The notes under the pieces were generated by a model. It worked only from the letters and a program-made list of their open reading frames with translations, did not search any database and was not told where the DNA came from. Position numbers and translations under genes: made by a program. From Reclinomonas americana ATCC 50394 (Eukaryota): DNA of 64,000 nucleotides. Where the stretch lies: NCBI GenBank assembly GCA_048213135.1, contig PS015063.1:44281-108280 (forward strand), written 5' to 3'. Shown one piece after another: positions 22,759 to 34,939 of this stretch; position 1 is the first letter of the stretch, and each line of letters opens with the position of its first letter.

Positions 22759-25700
22759 TTGGAGAAAAGGAAGCAGATGGAGGTGAAGCAGCGCACAAAG
22801 ATGAAACAGCAAACAGGGATAAAGAAGTAAAAGCAGACGAAGAAGAATTCAACAACAGCAACAGACGACGGACGAGAAGAAGAAACGGAGAAGGAAACAA
22901 CGACAACAACAGCAAGGAGAGGGAGAAAGCCTCTCTATCCCCCTCCTTCCTCTCCTTTTCTATCCCTTTCCCCTGCACTCTCTTCCCTCCTCCATCCCTC
23001 CCTTTTCTGTTCTCCCTGCTACGCACCGGTCGAATGCGACGAGGACTTCTCGTCGACAGTTGGCACGTGAGCCTCCACCTCGGGAACCAGCGGCCGCTCA
23101 AATCTCGCGCACTGCTCGTGACTGGTCTTCAGGACTCCCGAGCGCGTCACATTGGCCAGGTAGCCTGCCAGCCCAGCGACAACAACAACAATGAGGGTGA
23201 AGTTTCTCAGAATTGCCAACCTGTTCAGGGAAACCAACCGAGCATATCATGCGATCCAGGCGCCTCGCGAGAGTGACAAAACACACAAACTTGATTCTCG
23301 TCCTGCGAAATGGAGGGCGGCGCATGAGGGCACACCGACGTGTGGTTGTCATCACTCCATACCAAACTTACCTCCTCTACCACGTCGCCCACCTCCGATC
23401 GCAGTCGCGATTCGAACAACTCCTGCTTCCTACGCATGTCCCGCAGGATGCGCTGCTGTCCACGCTGCCATTGCCGCTTGGCTCGCTCCCGCGCCTCGGC
23501 GTCCTGCGTGGGCTGCGAAAGTAACAAAATCTGAGAGGCAAGAGGGAGAATAACAAGTGCTCTGCAAAAGAAAAACACGCACCGATGTCTCGTCGACCGA
23601 AGACTGCACTGCTGGACCGCCAAAGCGCGCGCGGGCTCCGTGCACAGCCGACTGGCAGTCGGCATTGCCGCCGGACAATGTCACCAGGATGTGTGCAATG
23701 CCAGCCGACGTGGCGTCATTGACGCTGAGTCGGCCGAGGTGTTGATGCAAGCTCGCCAGCGACGAGAGCGTGCCGGACGAGCCTGCAGCTGCGGAAGCAG
23801 CGGGTGGAAGCTGCATCGAGCCATAAGCATCTCATCAAGCGAAACAGCACACTAACGGAGAAGCACACCGTGGCGAGGGTCTTGGCATTCTGAATCAAGT
23901 ACAGCAGGTCGATCAGCGACAGCGAGACGGCCTTGCCTCGCGGCTACAGTTGCACGACAGTGAGCAGAAAGAGATGACGAATCAAGCCCAGCGAGCAGGC
24001 AAGGGCGCACCTTGGTGCGTTCCGAGTCCGTCGCCCACACCGCGTTGACCTTGAGCGGGCAGCACGAGTTGGTAAAGACATTGCCGCGAGTGATCATTGG
24101 CAAGTCCGTGAATGCGGTGGTCACCTGGGAGAGGAAGATGAGCATGAAGAAAGGGAGCAAGTGATTTCAAGGAGAGAGAACACAAACAACGATATAAACC
24201 ACCCTGCCTCATTTTGACTCACATCTTTGCCGCTGTTCTTCTTGCCGACAACAAATTCGTCCAGCGACGGGTCGTCGGCAAACAAGTGTCGCGTCGCGAC
24301 TGCCAGGTGCAGCAATCGCAGAACCACCGCCAGTGTGCTTTCCGTGTAGGCAGGATGGCCTGTGCCAACGCAGGCAATCATGAGAGACTCCATGTCATTC
24401 CGCAACACAAGTGTTCTCCAACAAACCTGCCACAAAGTTGTAACACACAGCGTATACAAGGCGGTGGAATGCGCGCTCGTGCAGCAGGCGCAGCAGTGGG
24501 CGCAACACCGGCAACGGGTCCTGTGCGCAAATCAATGTTAGTGAACTCACGCACACGTTATCCATGCACACGAGGCACCTCCATGTCCGTGGGTGACAGT
24601 TTGGCAAACAGGAACTGCTTGCGTCGGTGCCAGTACTCGCCCTCCACGGTCAGCAAGTCCGGTTCGGCCAGCAACTCGTGGTATGGATTCACCTGCGCCA
24701 CGTGTCAATCCCTCCGTCATCTGCCTCAATTTCGCACAAAACGGGCACGCACCTCATCCCACCCGGCCTCCAGCAACTCGAACGCGCCCTCGCCCATGGC
24801 GTCCCGCGGGCTGACAAAGTGCGCGACTTGCCGCAACACCGTGTCCAACTGCGGATGCTTGCGCAGCGGCTTGCACATGGCTGCCAGCAGCTCCGAATGA
24901 GACTTTCGCCCGACGGCCAGCAATGTCACGAGTGACGAACGCAGCGGCGCGAGAAGTGAGTCGTGCCGCAGTGTTTGCCCTTCGCTCTCGGTGACGTCGC
25001 CGTCGGACATGGCTGGGGTGACGGACAAGAGAGGGGAGGGGAGGAAGAGAAGGAGGGAAGAGAAAGAGGGATGAGAATGATGGGAGATTATGGAAGAGAA
25101 GGAGTGAGAGGGAGGGCAGAGGAGGGCAGAGTAGGAGGGCAGAGAAGCAGGGAAGGCGAGGAGAGAAGAGAATGGTGGGCAATGAGGGGAAGAGATGAAA
25201 CAGGAGAACGAGGCAAGTGAAGAGGGAGGGGAAGGGAAAGAGAGAGAGAAAGTTAGACGAGAATGAACGGAAGGAAGAAATGGAAGAAAGGCGAGAGAAG
25301 AAAAGAGAGAGAAAGAGCGCGCGTGGAAGAGACACGAGAAGGCGGATGTGAGCGTGCATCCACAATACGGACAGCTTGATGGGAACTCGGAACGCACCAT
25401 CGCGGTATCGACGAATCAGATATTCCATCGGACCGAGACCAACACGACTGGTGATCATGGTGGCCAGCAATCGCAGCATGCCGAGCAGCAGCACACCATC
25501 ACGGGAGGTGTTCTCGTTGCGTGCGGGTGCCACTCCACGCATGTGCAACACGGACTCCACACCGAAACGATCGACAAGCGCTTGCACAATGTCAGCCGCC
25601 TGGTCAGCGCCGCACACCGACAGCTGCATGGCCAGCATGTCACTCGAGGAGTACAGATCGCTAAAGTTGCCGTGGTGCCAGTTGTGAATTTGGTCGGCGA

Positions 25701-28700
25701 TGTTCGCGGGATTCTGAAAAGGGAAAGTGAGAAAGGCGAAGAAGGTGACGGAGAAGGTGAAGAGGATGAGGGAGACGGTGAAGAGGGCGAGGGGGAAGGT
25801 GAAGAGGATGAGGGAGAAGATGAAGAGGGTGAGGGAGAAGGTGAAGAGGATGAGGGACAAGGTGAAGAGGATGAGGGACAAGGTGAAGAGGGCGAGGGGG
25901 AAGGTGAAGAGGATGAGGGAGAAGGTGAAGAGGGTGAGGGAGACGGTGAAGAGGGTGAGGGAGACGGTGAAGAGGGTGAGGGAGACGGTGAAGAGGGTGA
26001 GGGAGAAGGTGAAGAGGATGAGGGAGAAGGTGAAGAGGGTGAGGGAGACGGTGAAGAGAGTGAGGGAGACGGTGAAGAGGGTGAGGGAGAAGGTGAAGAG
26101 GGTGAGGGAGACGGTGAAGAGGGTGAGGGAGAAGGTGAAGAGGATGAGGGAGAAGGTGAAGAGGGTGAGGGAGAAGGTGAAGAGGGTGAGGGAGAAGGTG
26201 AAGAGGGTGAGGGAGAAGGTGAAGAGGGTGAGGGAGAAGGTGAAGAGGGTGAGGGAGAAGGTGAAGAGGATGAGGGCTGCAGGTCCTCGGCAAACGACCT
26301 TGTCCTTTGCTCATCTCTACCTTGTCTGAATGCCATCGTGAAATAAGGCGACGAGGGTGAGGGAGAAGGTGAAGAGGGCGAGGGCAGCTGGTCCTCGGAA
26401 ATCTCTACCTTGTCTGAATGTCATTGAAAAAGAAAGAGAAGAGGATGGGGGTGTCGCTTGGAAAGACAGTCTACCTTCCCCTCTGTCATATCTGTGCTTC
26501 GCTCTTGTCTCTAACATGTATTCTCTTGTCTTCCTTCTCTCTCCAATCCGATAATGAGCACTAGGGAAAGGGTGAGGGAAAGAAACAGGGAGAATGAAGA
26601 ATGGCAGTTGACAGACCATCATTTTTCATCACTTGCTCTTTCGCCCACTCTCCCATAGCCCAGACCCTTCAATCACGATTACCTACTCCCATTTCCTCGC
26701 TTCCGTTCCCCTCCGCTTCTCCTTCGCCTCGATCCCCTTCTCCTCCCCTTCCCCTCCCTCCCCCACTCAACTCTCATCCACATGCGCGCACGAATCTGCG
26801 CCGCCGTGACATGCAAGTGCATGGGCTGCTCAAACATGGCGGCAAAGAACTGCCTCGGCGACTCGGGCAGGTCAAGCGAGTCGGCATGAGCTGCAATCAT
26901 ATCAATACAAGCTTCATCAACTCTGCCTCCCCGTCCAATTCGCACACACGCACCGGAACCATTCGAGGCTGTCAGTGCCACCCATCGCGCATACACGTCG
27001 GTCAGCGTCGACTCGGTCGGATGCGTGTACAAGTAGGCGGCGAGCATGTGTGCCATGGTGCGGTGCAGTGTGAGGTGAATGGACACGGGGCCGGCAGTGG
27101 CCGCGTAAAACTCCGCCTGGTTGAGGGTGAGGATAAAATGAATCAGCACCTGGAAAGGCTGCTTGCTGTACATGGGTGTGCAGTCATGACCAACCATCAC
27201 TTTGGCCACAGAAGTCCCATTCTGCACAGCGGCCATGCGCGGCATCGTCGAGAACATGCTCTCCCACAATGCCAGAGCTGTTTCGCCCGCCCGCGCCTCG
27301 ATTTGGTCGGCGAGGAGGGGAGCGGCCTGCGGCAACGCATCAACGTGTCAGCGTATCAACAAGTGAATCCATCGTAAACCAAGACAAACGAAACACAAGT
27401 GGGCTGGTAGATGCTGGAGAACGCCAGCAGCAGCTCGCATTCGCGATGTAGCGAGTACGTCCACTCGTCGAACTCGCCCAAGGCCGAGTTGCGTGAATTC
27501 GTCACCGGATTGGCAAAGTGGTACTGCGACATGACGCCGAGGGCGAGACGCCACGCTGCAAAGGTAACAGGAGAGATGGGGGAGGGAGGTGAGGGAAGGG
27601 GGAGAACAACAAGTCAGGATGTACATCTACTCAAGAAAACAACAATTCATTCGACAACGAACAAGCAACTGCTGTCTTCACGACCAAGTCAAACCGTATC
27701 CTATACATCAACACAACCACCAGTCTTGCTATCACTTGCGCACTTTGCTCTAACTCTCACCTCACACACACACACACATACATACACTGTCACTCGTGCA
27801 CTGAACTCTTTGTCTCTCGCTTTCTCACACATTTGCTACGAATACACTGTCACGCTGCCACTCGTGTACTGTACTCTCTGTCTCTCACTCGCTCACACAC
27901 TTGCTCACGCATACACTCACTCGGTCACGCGATCATTCGCGGCTTTTGCTGCATTTGTCTCCCTTACCCGCACACTCGCTCATTCATACACTCACTCACT
28001 CACGCTGTCACTCGTGCTTATTGATCTCCCACACAACACTTGCTTATATACTTACTCAATCACTCTGTCACTCGTGCACTTTGCTCTCGCTTTTTCTCAC
28101 TCTCACACGCACACACGCTCACGCTGACCTCGCGCACTGTATTCTGTCTCTCTCACTCTCAATACACTTGCTCACGTACACAAGTCAGTCACGCTGTATG
28201 TCGGCACTTTCTACTTGCTCACATATCACTCACTGTTACTACTGCACTTCGCTCCTTCCTCACTATCCCACACGCACCTCCCGAGGACGTCAACGTGTGG
28301 CGACCCACATCGCGCACACGCAGCGAGTAGCGCAGGTCGAAGATCAAGCGCAGCAGCAGGAACCGCTGGAATCGAGGATGGCCGGGTTGTACCACCCGAC
28401 GGGACACAATGCGCGGATGGCGGAGACCGGCATCTCGAGCGACGGAGCAGGGCATGAGCAGCATGTCAATCAGACCTGAGATGATGTGAGAAACAGCGAT
28501 AAATTTCTGGCGCCTCTTCCCGCGCATGCCCTCAGTCTCACCGCACAGCGTCTCCATGAACTCCATGTCGCGAGTCAGCGTGCACACCAGCGACGGCACA
28601 GTGAGCAGCTGTACGGAGAACGACAGAATCGAGTGGTCGGATTTGATGCGGTGTCGTCGGCCGCCGAGGCTCCACGTAATGTAGTTGAGCGAGAGACCAA

Positions 28701-30773
28701 AGTCGTGGCCAAAGCTGGGCGAGTGAAAGAGGAAGTTAGGCAAAGATAAATATCAGAACTGGAGAAACCAATTGTCGGCTGCGCACCTGAACTTGAACGC
28801 CTGGTCGGTGATGAGTGCAAAGTACAAGTCATGCAACACCGTGCGCATGCCATTCGGCATGTCCACGTCCGAGTGCACCCACAAGCGCAGCAACGACAGC
28901 GAGGGAGTGGAACCGTCGCCCGCGAAACTGCGTGAATAAAGTCACGCATGAGAAACGATGCTCTCTACCTCACTGCCCCAAAGGTCACGCAACGAGGGAA
29001 TGATGCCGCGCGAGAGCGCCGTGGCAATGGCGCGCTTGAAAAAAGCGCCGAAATTGCAGAGATACAGCAGCCAGTTGGTGAGCAGCGCAAACTGGCGCAC
29101 CACCGGCGACTCGTCTCCCAGTCGCACCGGTGCCTCCAGCGCCTGCCTCGCGTCCGGCTCGACCATGGTCGCCTGGCGAGCCCACATTCGCAGCAGCAGG
29201 TCGGAGTAGCGGATCCACGGGGCGGCAAACTGGCGGCTGTCGTCGCCGTTTTCGCCGCGGCTGTCGTCTTCGCCGGCTTCGCTGTCGCTGTCGCCACCGT
29301 CGTCGCCGGGGGCGGGAGGGTTGTAGCCGCGGCGGGTGGCGATGTCTTTGACCAGGGCGGGGTGGAGGGGGTCTAGGTGGGGAAGAAAGGGGGAAGGGGT
29401 TAGAGGGGGTAAGAGGGGGAAGGAGGGGTAAGGAGGGGAAGAATGGGAGGAGGAAGGGGGCAGGGAGGGTGGCGACATGCAACGAGATCAACGAGGGATA
29501 CAGAAGAATAGATTTGTATGTGAGGTATCAGGAGAATGTGAGCTTTGTTTCTTGTTCACCCACCGCGGTTCTCGCCGACACGCACTGGCATCGCCGCCAG
29601 CTCGCTGGCCATGGCATTCGTCGCCAAGTGCTCTCGGGCCTCCGAGCCGCGCGGCGTCGCGCCGTCGAGGATCACAACCGACTGTTCCACTGTGGCGGAG
29701 CGAGTGTGAGCGGCAGAAGGGAGCTGTGACAATGATTGGCGACGTGACGCAACGCATAAACATCACCACGCCGTCCAGCACGGCACCAAAGGCGTCAATG
29801 TAGTGCTGCTCGATGCCTTCCAGTGGGTCGGCGTCGCGGTTGGAGTGCAGGGGGCAGGTGCCTGGGGAGACAGGTGAGGAGGAGCTATGTGCAGTGACGT
29901 GGGGAGGAGGATATGAAACCACAAGATGGAGTCATTGTCATGCATGAATGTACATAAGGGAAGCGGTCAATTGTGTGTGCGAGATTGAAAGAGAAGGAGA
30001 AGAGAGATAAACCCACAACCATGAATGCGCACCGTAGTGAATGCAAAGAGCGTGTGCGACAGAGAACGAGAGGAAGAGGAGAGATGTGAAACCCGCAAGA
30101 TGGAGTCACTGTCACGCATGAATGTACACAAATGAAGTGGGCAATTGTGTGTGCGAGATTGAAAGAGAAGGGGAGGAGAGAGATAAACCCACAAGTTTGT
30201 GTCACCGTCAACGATGAATGTGCACAGTTGTGAATGCAAAGAGTGTGTGCAACAGAGAACGAGAGGAAGAGGAGAGATGTGAAACCCGCAAGATGGTGTT
30301 ATTGCCACGCATGAATGTTCGCGGGTAAGTGGGCGTTGGCGTATACAAGCGTGTGTGCGAGAGAGAAGGAGAAGGAGAGGTGAGAGATAAACCCACAAGC
30401 TTGAGTCACCGTCACCGATTAGGCATTTTGCGTGCGTGCGAGAGTATGAGAGAAAGGCGAAGGAGACAGAGCCATGAAACCCACAAGCCTCAGCAAGCAA
30501 CACTGTACCTTTGATGTCCCACGCATCGGGATCACCACAATCGCAGCACTGCAACACACGTGTGAGCCGAAGGAACATAGCAATGCGCATTAGCTGCACC
30601 CCCATGAACGCAACACCGCCGCCGGTGCGAATCATTTGCACACGATGCCCGTTGTGATCGGCGGCGCGGAAGCAGTCGACGCACTGTGCGCATGTCGGAT
30701 CCTTCTCGCAGTCGAGGCACTTGTAGGCGATCTCGTTGGAGCCCCAGACGCGACCGCAGGCAGACGACGCGCT
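18124..30773 (-). CDS. UBR1: UBR-box/RING-H2 N-degron E3 ubiquitin ligase (UBR1/2/3-PRT6 family); 5' exons probably further upstream (31700-34300)
   Basis: UBR box [38 protein letters not shown]...[13 protein letters not shown], plus [10 protein letters not shown] and ARMWMR|N. Split RING CVFC...CGHLAHPHC...[16 protein letters not shown]-terminal [22 protein letters not shown], ending TAG at 18124. Confidence 0.92.
22708..22757 (+). repeat. (AAC)n microsatellite in a UBR intron
   Basis: Run of about 16 aac units. (AG)n, (AC)n, (ACTC)n and (GAC)n tracts are common throughout the window and flank most gaps. Confidence 0.95.
25720..26385. repeat. 21-bp purine-rich minisatellite in UBR intron 25714-26771
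   Basis: Unit gagggagaaggtgaagagggt, about 26 copies. The flanking exons splice in frame across it (MWMR|NPAN). Confidence 0.92.
29915..30490. repeat. Degenerate tandem repeat in the UBR-box intron
   Basis: Recurrent blocks gagagataaacccacaa and gatgtgaaacccgcaagatgg. Confidence 0.75.
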
Positions 30774-30959
30774 GTGACGAGAAGGGCGAGCCAAATGAGT
30801 GCGAAGCAGGACGGCCAAAGTGGGCAGGAGACGAAGGAAACAAAGCGGAAGAAAGCTGGCCTCCAATGCGTGCGGAGGCTGCGACAAAGGCGAGAGAAGG
30901 CCGCGACGGCAAGGCATACACAGACAGCGACAAAGAAGAAAGAAAGCGACGACAAGAAC

Positions 30960-31680
30960 GTGCAAAGGCGACGATCTCGGCAAGCAACGTGAAGACTACA
31001 GCGTAACAGAAGCATGCAGAAGCGACAAGCAACACGCGTGCAAAGGCGACGGCAACGCATGCAGAGACGGCGACAACGGCGAGAGAAAGCGATTACAGAA
31101 CGCGTACAGCTGACCACCAAGGCGTACAAGAGAGACGACAGAAGCATGCAGAAGCGACAAACAACGCGCAGCGTGTACAGGTGACCTGCAAGGCGAGCAC
31201 AGACAAAGACTACAGCATGCAAAGACTGGCGAGCAAGGCGATGACTAAAGCGCGCACAACAATGACGACTAAGATGTGCAGAAACGACGACTGCAGCATG
31301 CAAAAGACTGTGACTCAAGCGTGCAAAGACGACAAGCCAAGCGTGCAAAGACTGCGACTCGGGTTTGCAAAGACTGCGACTCAGGTTTGCAAAGACGACA
31401 AGCCAAGCGTGCAAAGACTGCGACTCAAGCGTGAAGAGGCGACAAACCAAGCGTGCAAAGACTGCGACTCAGGTTGGCAAAGGCGTGCAAGGCGATGACT
31501 GAAACGTGAAGAGGCGACAAGGAAAGCGTGCAGGCGATGACTGAAACGTGAAGAGGCGACAAGCCGAGCTTGCAAAGACTGCGACTCAAGCGTGCAAAGA
31601 CTGCGACTCAAGCGTGCAAAGACTGCGACTCAGATTTACAAAGGCGCGTGAAGAGGCGACAAGGAAAGCGCGCAAAGGCG
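30960..31680. repeat. Degenerate ~21-bp minisatellite (gcgtgcaaagactgcgactca)
   Basis: Many adjacent and interleaved copies, mixed with gaagaggcgacaag variants. Confidence 0.8.
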
Positions 31681-31885
31681 ACAACTAATGAGTGACTGAG
31701 CGCCAATGTATGATCTGTCAGCAGAGCCGGACAGACAACACTGCACAGAAAGAGTGTACAGAGGCAAGCGCTCTTGTCAAGCATGAGTGAGAATGTGTGA
31801 GCAGTGATCACATGCATCTTGTCCACAAGAATGAGCCAGATCCTGTGTGCTCACACGAACACATACACACACTCCTTCTCTCTCG

Positions 31886-31968
<83 letters not shown>

Positions 31969-32819
31969 GTCGTAGTAGTGTGTGGTGNNNNNNNNNNNNN
32001 NNNNNNNNNNNNNNNNNNNNNNNNNNNNNNNNNNNNNNNNNNNNNNNNNNNNNNNNNNNNNNNNNNNNNNNNNNNNNNNNNNNNNNNNNNNNNNNNNNNN
32101 NNNNNNNNNNNNNNNNNNNNNNNNNNNNNNNNNNNNNNNNNNNNNNNNNNNNNNNNNNNNNNNNNNNNNNNNNNNNNNNNNNNNNNNNNNNNNNNNNNNN
32201 NNNNNNNNNNNNNNNNNNNNNNNNNNNNNNNNNNNNNNNNNNNNNNNNNNNNNNNNNNNNNNNNNNNNNNNNNNNNNNNNNNNNNNNNNNNNNNNNNNNN
32301 NNNNNNNNNNNNNNNNNNNNNNNNNNNNNNNNNNNNNNNNNNNNNNNNNNNNNNNNNNNNNNNNNNNNNNNNNNNNNNNNNNNNNNNNNNNNNNNNNNNN
32401 NNNNNNNNNNNNNNNNNNNNNNNNNNNNNNNNNNNNNNNNNNNNNNNNNNNNNNNNNNNNNNNNNNNNNNNNNNNNNNNNNNNNNNNNNNNNNNNNNNNN
32501 NNNNNNNNNNNNNNNNNNNNNNNNNNNNNNNNNNNNNNNNNNNNNNNNNNNNNNNNNNNNNNNNNNNNNNNNNNNNNNNNNNNNNNNNNNNNNNNNNNNN
32601 NNNNNNNNNNNNNNNNNNNNNNNNNNNNNNNNNNNNNNNNNNNNNNNNNNNNNNNNNNNNNNNNNNNNNNNNNNNNNNNNNNNNNNNNNNNNNNNNNNNN
32701 NNNNNNNNNNNNNNNNNNNNNNNNNNNNNNNNNNNNNNNNNNNNNNNNNNNNNNTGTGGAAAAGAGGGAAAGGGTGGTGTGCGCTTGTGTGTGAGAGAAA
32801 CAAACTAAACCGAGTAGAG

Positions 32820-33680
32820 TCTGTCTGTTGATTGAGAATCGGAAGGTTGGTGAGTGCAACTTGTGTTGGGAGGCGCTGCTGAGCTTGTTTGTGTATGTGG
32901 TGAGTGGGAGAGTGAGTGGAAAGAGTGTGGAAGTGAGTGGAACAGTAGATGAAGTTGCAAGATAATATGAGAGTGTCCAGCTCGTGTGCTTTGCAACTTG
33001 TGTTGGGAGGCGCTGCTGAGCTTGTTTCTGTGTGTAAGGCAGTGTGGCTGAGTGGGAGAGTGAGTGGAAAGAGTGTGGAAGTGAGTGTGGAGCAGTAGAT
33101 AAGTCATTGACTATTGTTCTCATGTGTGCTTCTGCAACTTGTCTTCGAAGGTTCAGCTGAGCTTGCCTGTGTATGCAAGACAGTGTGGCTGAGTGGGAGG
33201 GTGAGTGGAAAGTGTGCGAAAGTGAGTGGAACAGTTGAAAAGTCCCCAATCATTTGAGAATGTGTTGATCTCGAGTGTGCTTCTGCAACTTGTGTTGCGA
33301 GGCTCAGCTTAGCTTGTTTCTGTGTGTGAGATAGTGTGGTTGAGTGGGAGAGTGAGTGGAAAGAGTGTGGAAGTGAGTGTGCAGCAGTAGATAAGTCATT
33401 GACTATTGTTCTCATGTGTGCTTCTGCATCTTGTGTTGGGAGGTTCAGCTGAGCTTGTTTCTGTGTGTGAGATAGTGTGGTTGAGTGGGGGAGTGAGTGG
33501 AAAGAGTGTGGAAGTGAGTGGAACAGTAGAAAAGTCGAAAGGCATTTGAGAATGTGCTTATCTCATATGTGCTTCTGCAAATTGAGTTAGGAGGCTCAGC
33601 TTTGCTTGTTTGTGTATGTGAGGTAGTGTGGTTGAGTGGGAGAGTGAGTGGAAAGTGTGTGAAAGTGAGTGGAGCAGGTG
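32820..33680. repeat. Tandem repeat of about 130-150 bp, about six copies
   Basis: Recurrent blocks gagtgggagagtgagtggaaagagtgtggaagtgagtg and gcaacttgtgttgggagg. Confidence 0.85.
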
Positions 33681-34090
33681 ACAAGTCGCACAGCGTTAAA
33701 GGAGTTTCCTTGATTCTGCGCAAGGAGCAAGTCACGTATTGGGGCATGCATGCTGGCCAATCAACTCCAGGCGTGGAAGATGAAACCGGAGGCGTCAACG
33801 ATTGCTACACTGCGTTTATAGAGAGAAAGAGAGAGAAGGAGAGAGAAGGCGACTCTTAGTGAAATCCAGATTTGTGTTTGAAACAGACTGCCGGTCGACC
33901 TGCAGTCTTTCTTGAGCGCACACAGAGAGGTACGTATGGAGGTAATCGTGTGTTGTGAGTGAGCAGAGGTGACTGCGAGTGTGTTTATGAGAGAGAGAAA
34001 GAGAGAGTCGCGATCTCATATGCACATGCGTTCACATGCATTCACTCACTCACATGCACGCTGAATGCATGCTCTCTCTCTCTCTCTTCT

Positions 34091-34129
<39 letters not shown>

Positions 34130-34839
34130 TGTGTGTCTTCCTGCCTCAATAGTAAGTGTGCATGACAGTTTGCAACTCACTCCAGTTTTCCCTCTGTCTC
34201 TCTCTTTCTCACACGCACACGCAGTGTGTCTCGTCCTCTCACACTCACGCTCTCACTCTCCACTCTTGTGCACACACACTCTGACATTGTCGAGTTTTTC
34301 CGACTGCAAATGCGTGATTCGATTTCTCTCAGTCTCTCACTCACTCACTCACTCACTCTCTTTCTCTCCCTTCCCTCTCTCTCTCTCTCTCACTCACGCA
34401 CTCATTCACTTACTCACTCACTCTCTTTCTCTCCTTCCCTCCTCTCTCTCTCTCTCTCACTCTCTCACTCTCTCACTCACTCACTCACTCACTCACTCTC
34501 ACCCACTCTCTCGCACACTCACTCTCCTCTTTCCACTCACTCACTCTCACTCCCTCCCTCCCTCCCTCCCTTCCCTCCCTTCCCTCCTTTCTCTCCCTTC
34601 TCTCTCTCTCTCNNNNNNNNNNNNNNNNNNNNNNNNNNNNNNNNNNNNNNNNNNNNNNNNNNNNNNNNNNNNNNNNNNNNNNNNNNNNNNNNNNNNNNNN
34701 NNNNNNNNNNNNNNNNNNNNNNNNNNNNNNNNNNNNNNNNNNNNNNNNNNNNNNNNNNNNNNNNNNNNNNNNNNNNNNNNNNNNNNNNNNNNNNNNNNNN
34801 TACCTCCTCCACCTCCCTCCCTCCCTCCTCCTCCTCCTC

Positions 34840-34873
<34 letters not shown>

Positions 34874-34939
34874 ACTCACTCTCGCTCTCTCTCTCTCTCT
34901 TTCCTTCTCTCTATCTTTGCAGGTGGTGTTTTGTCGCGA

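Noticed and set aside
25348-26346. Plus-strand Glu/Gly-rich ORF (EGEGEEG)n resembling RPGR-ORF15, and the other open frames over it
   Set aside because: It is the translation of a stop-free 21-bp minisatellite inside a UBR intron whose flanking exons join in frame.
30549-30614. Non-canonical TT-starting introns as an alternative reading of the GTTGCG donors
   Set aside because: With the AG acceptor fixed, only cleavage before GT restores GGG|CCDC and the other motifs.
30960-31680. CRISPR-like repeated ~21-24-mer
   Set aside because: The repeats are adjacent and degenerate with no unique constant-length spacers, no cas genes are present, and the context is a eukaryotic intron.
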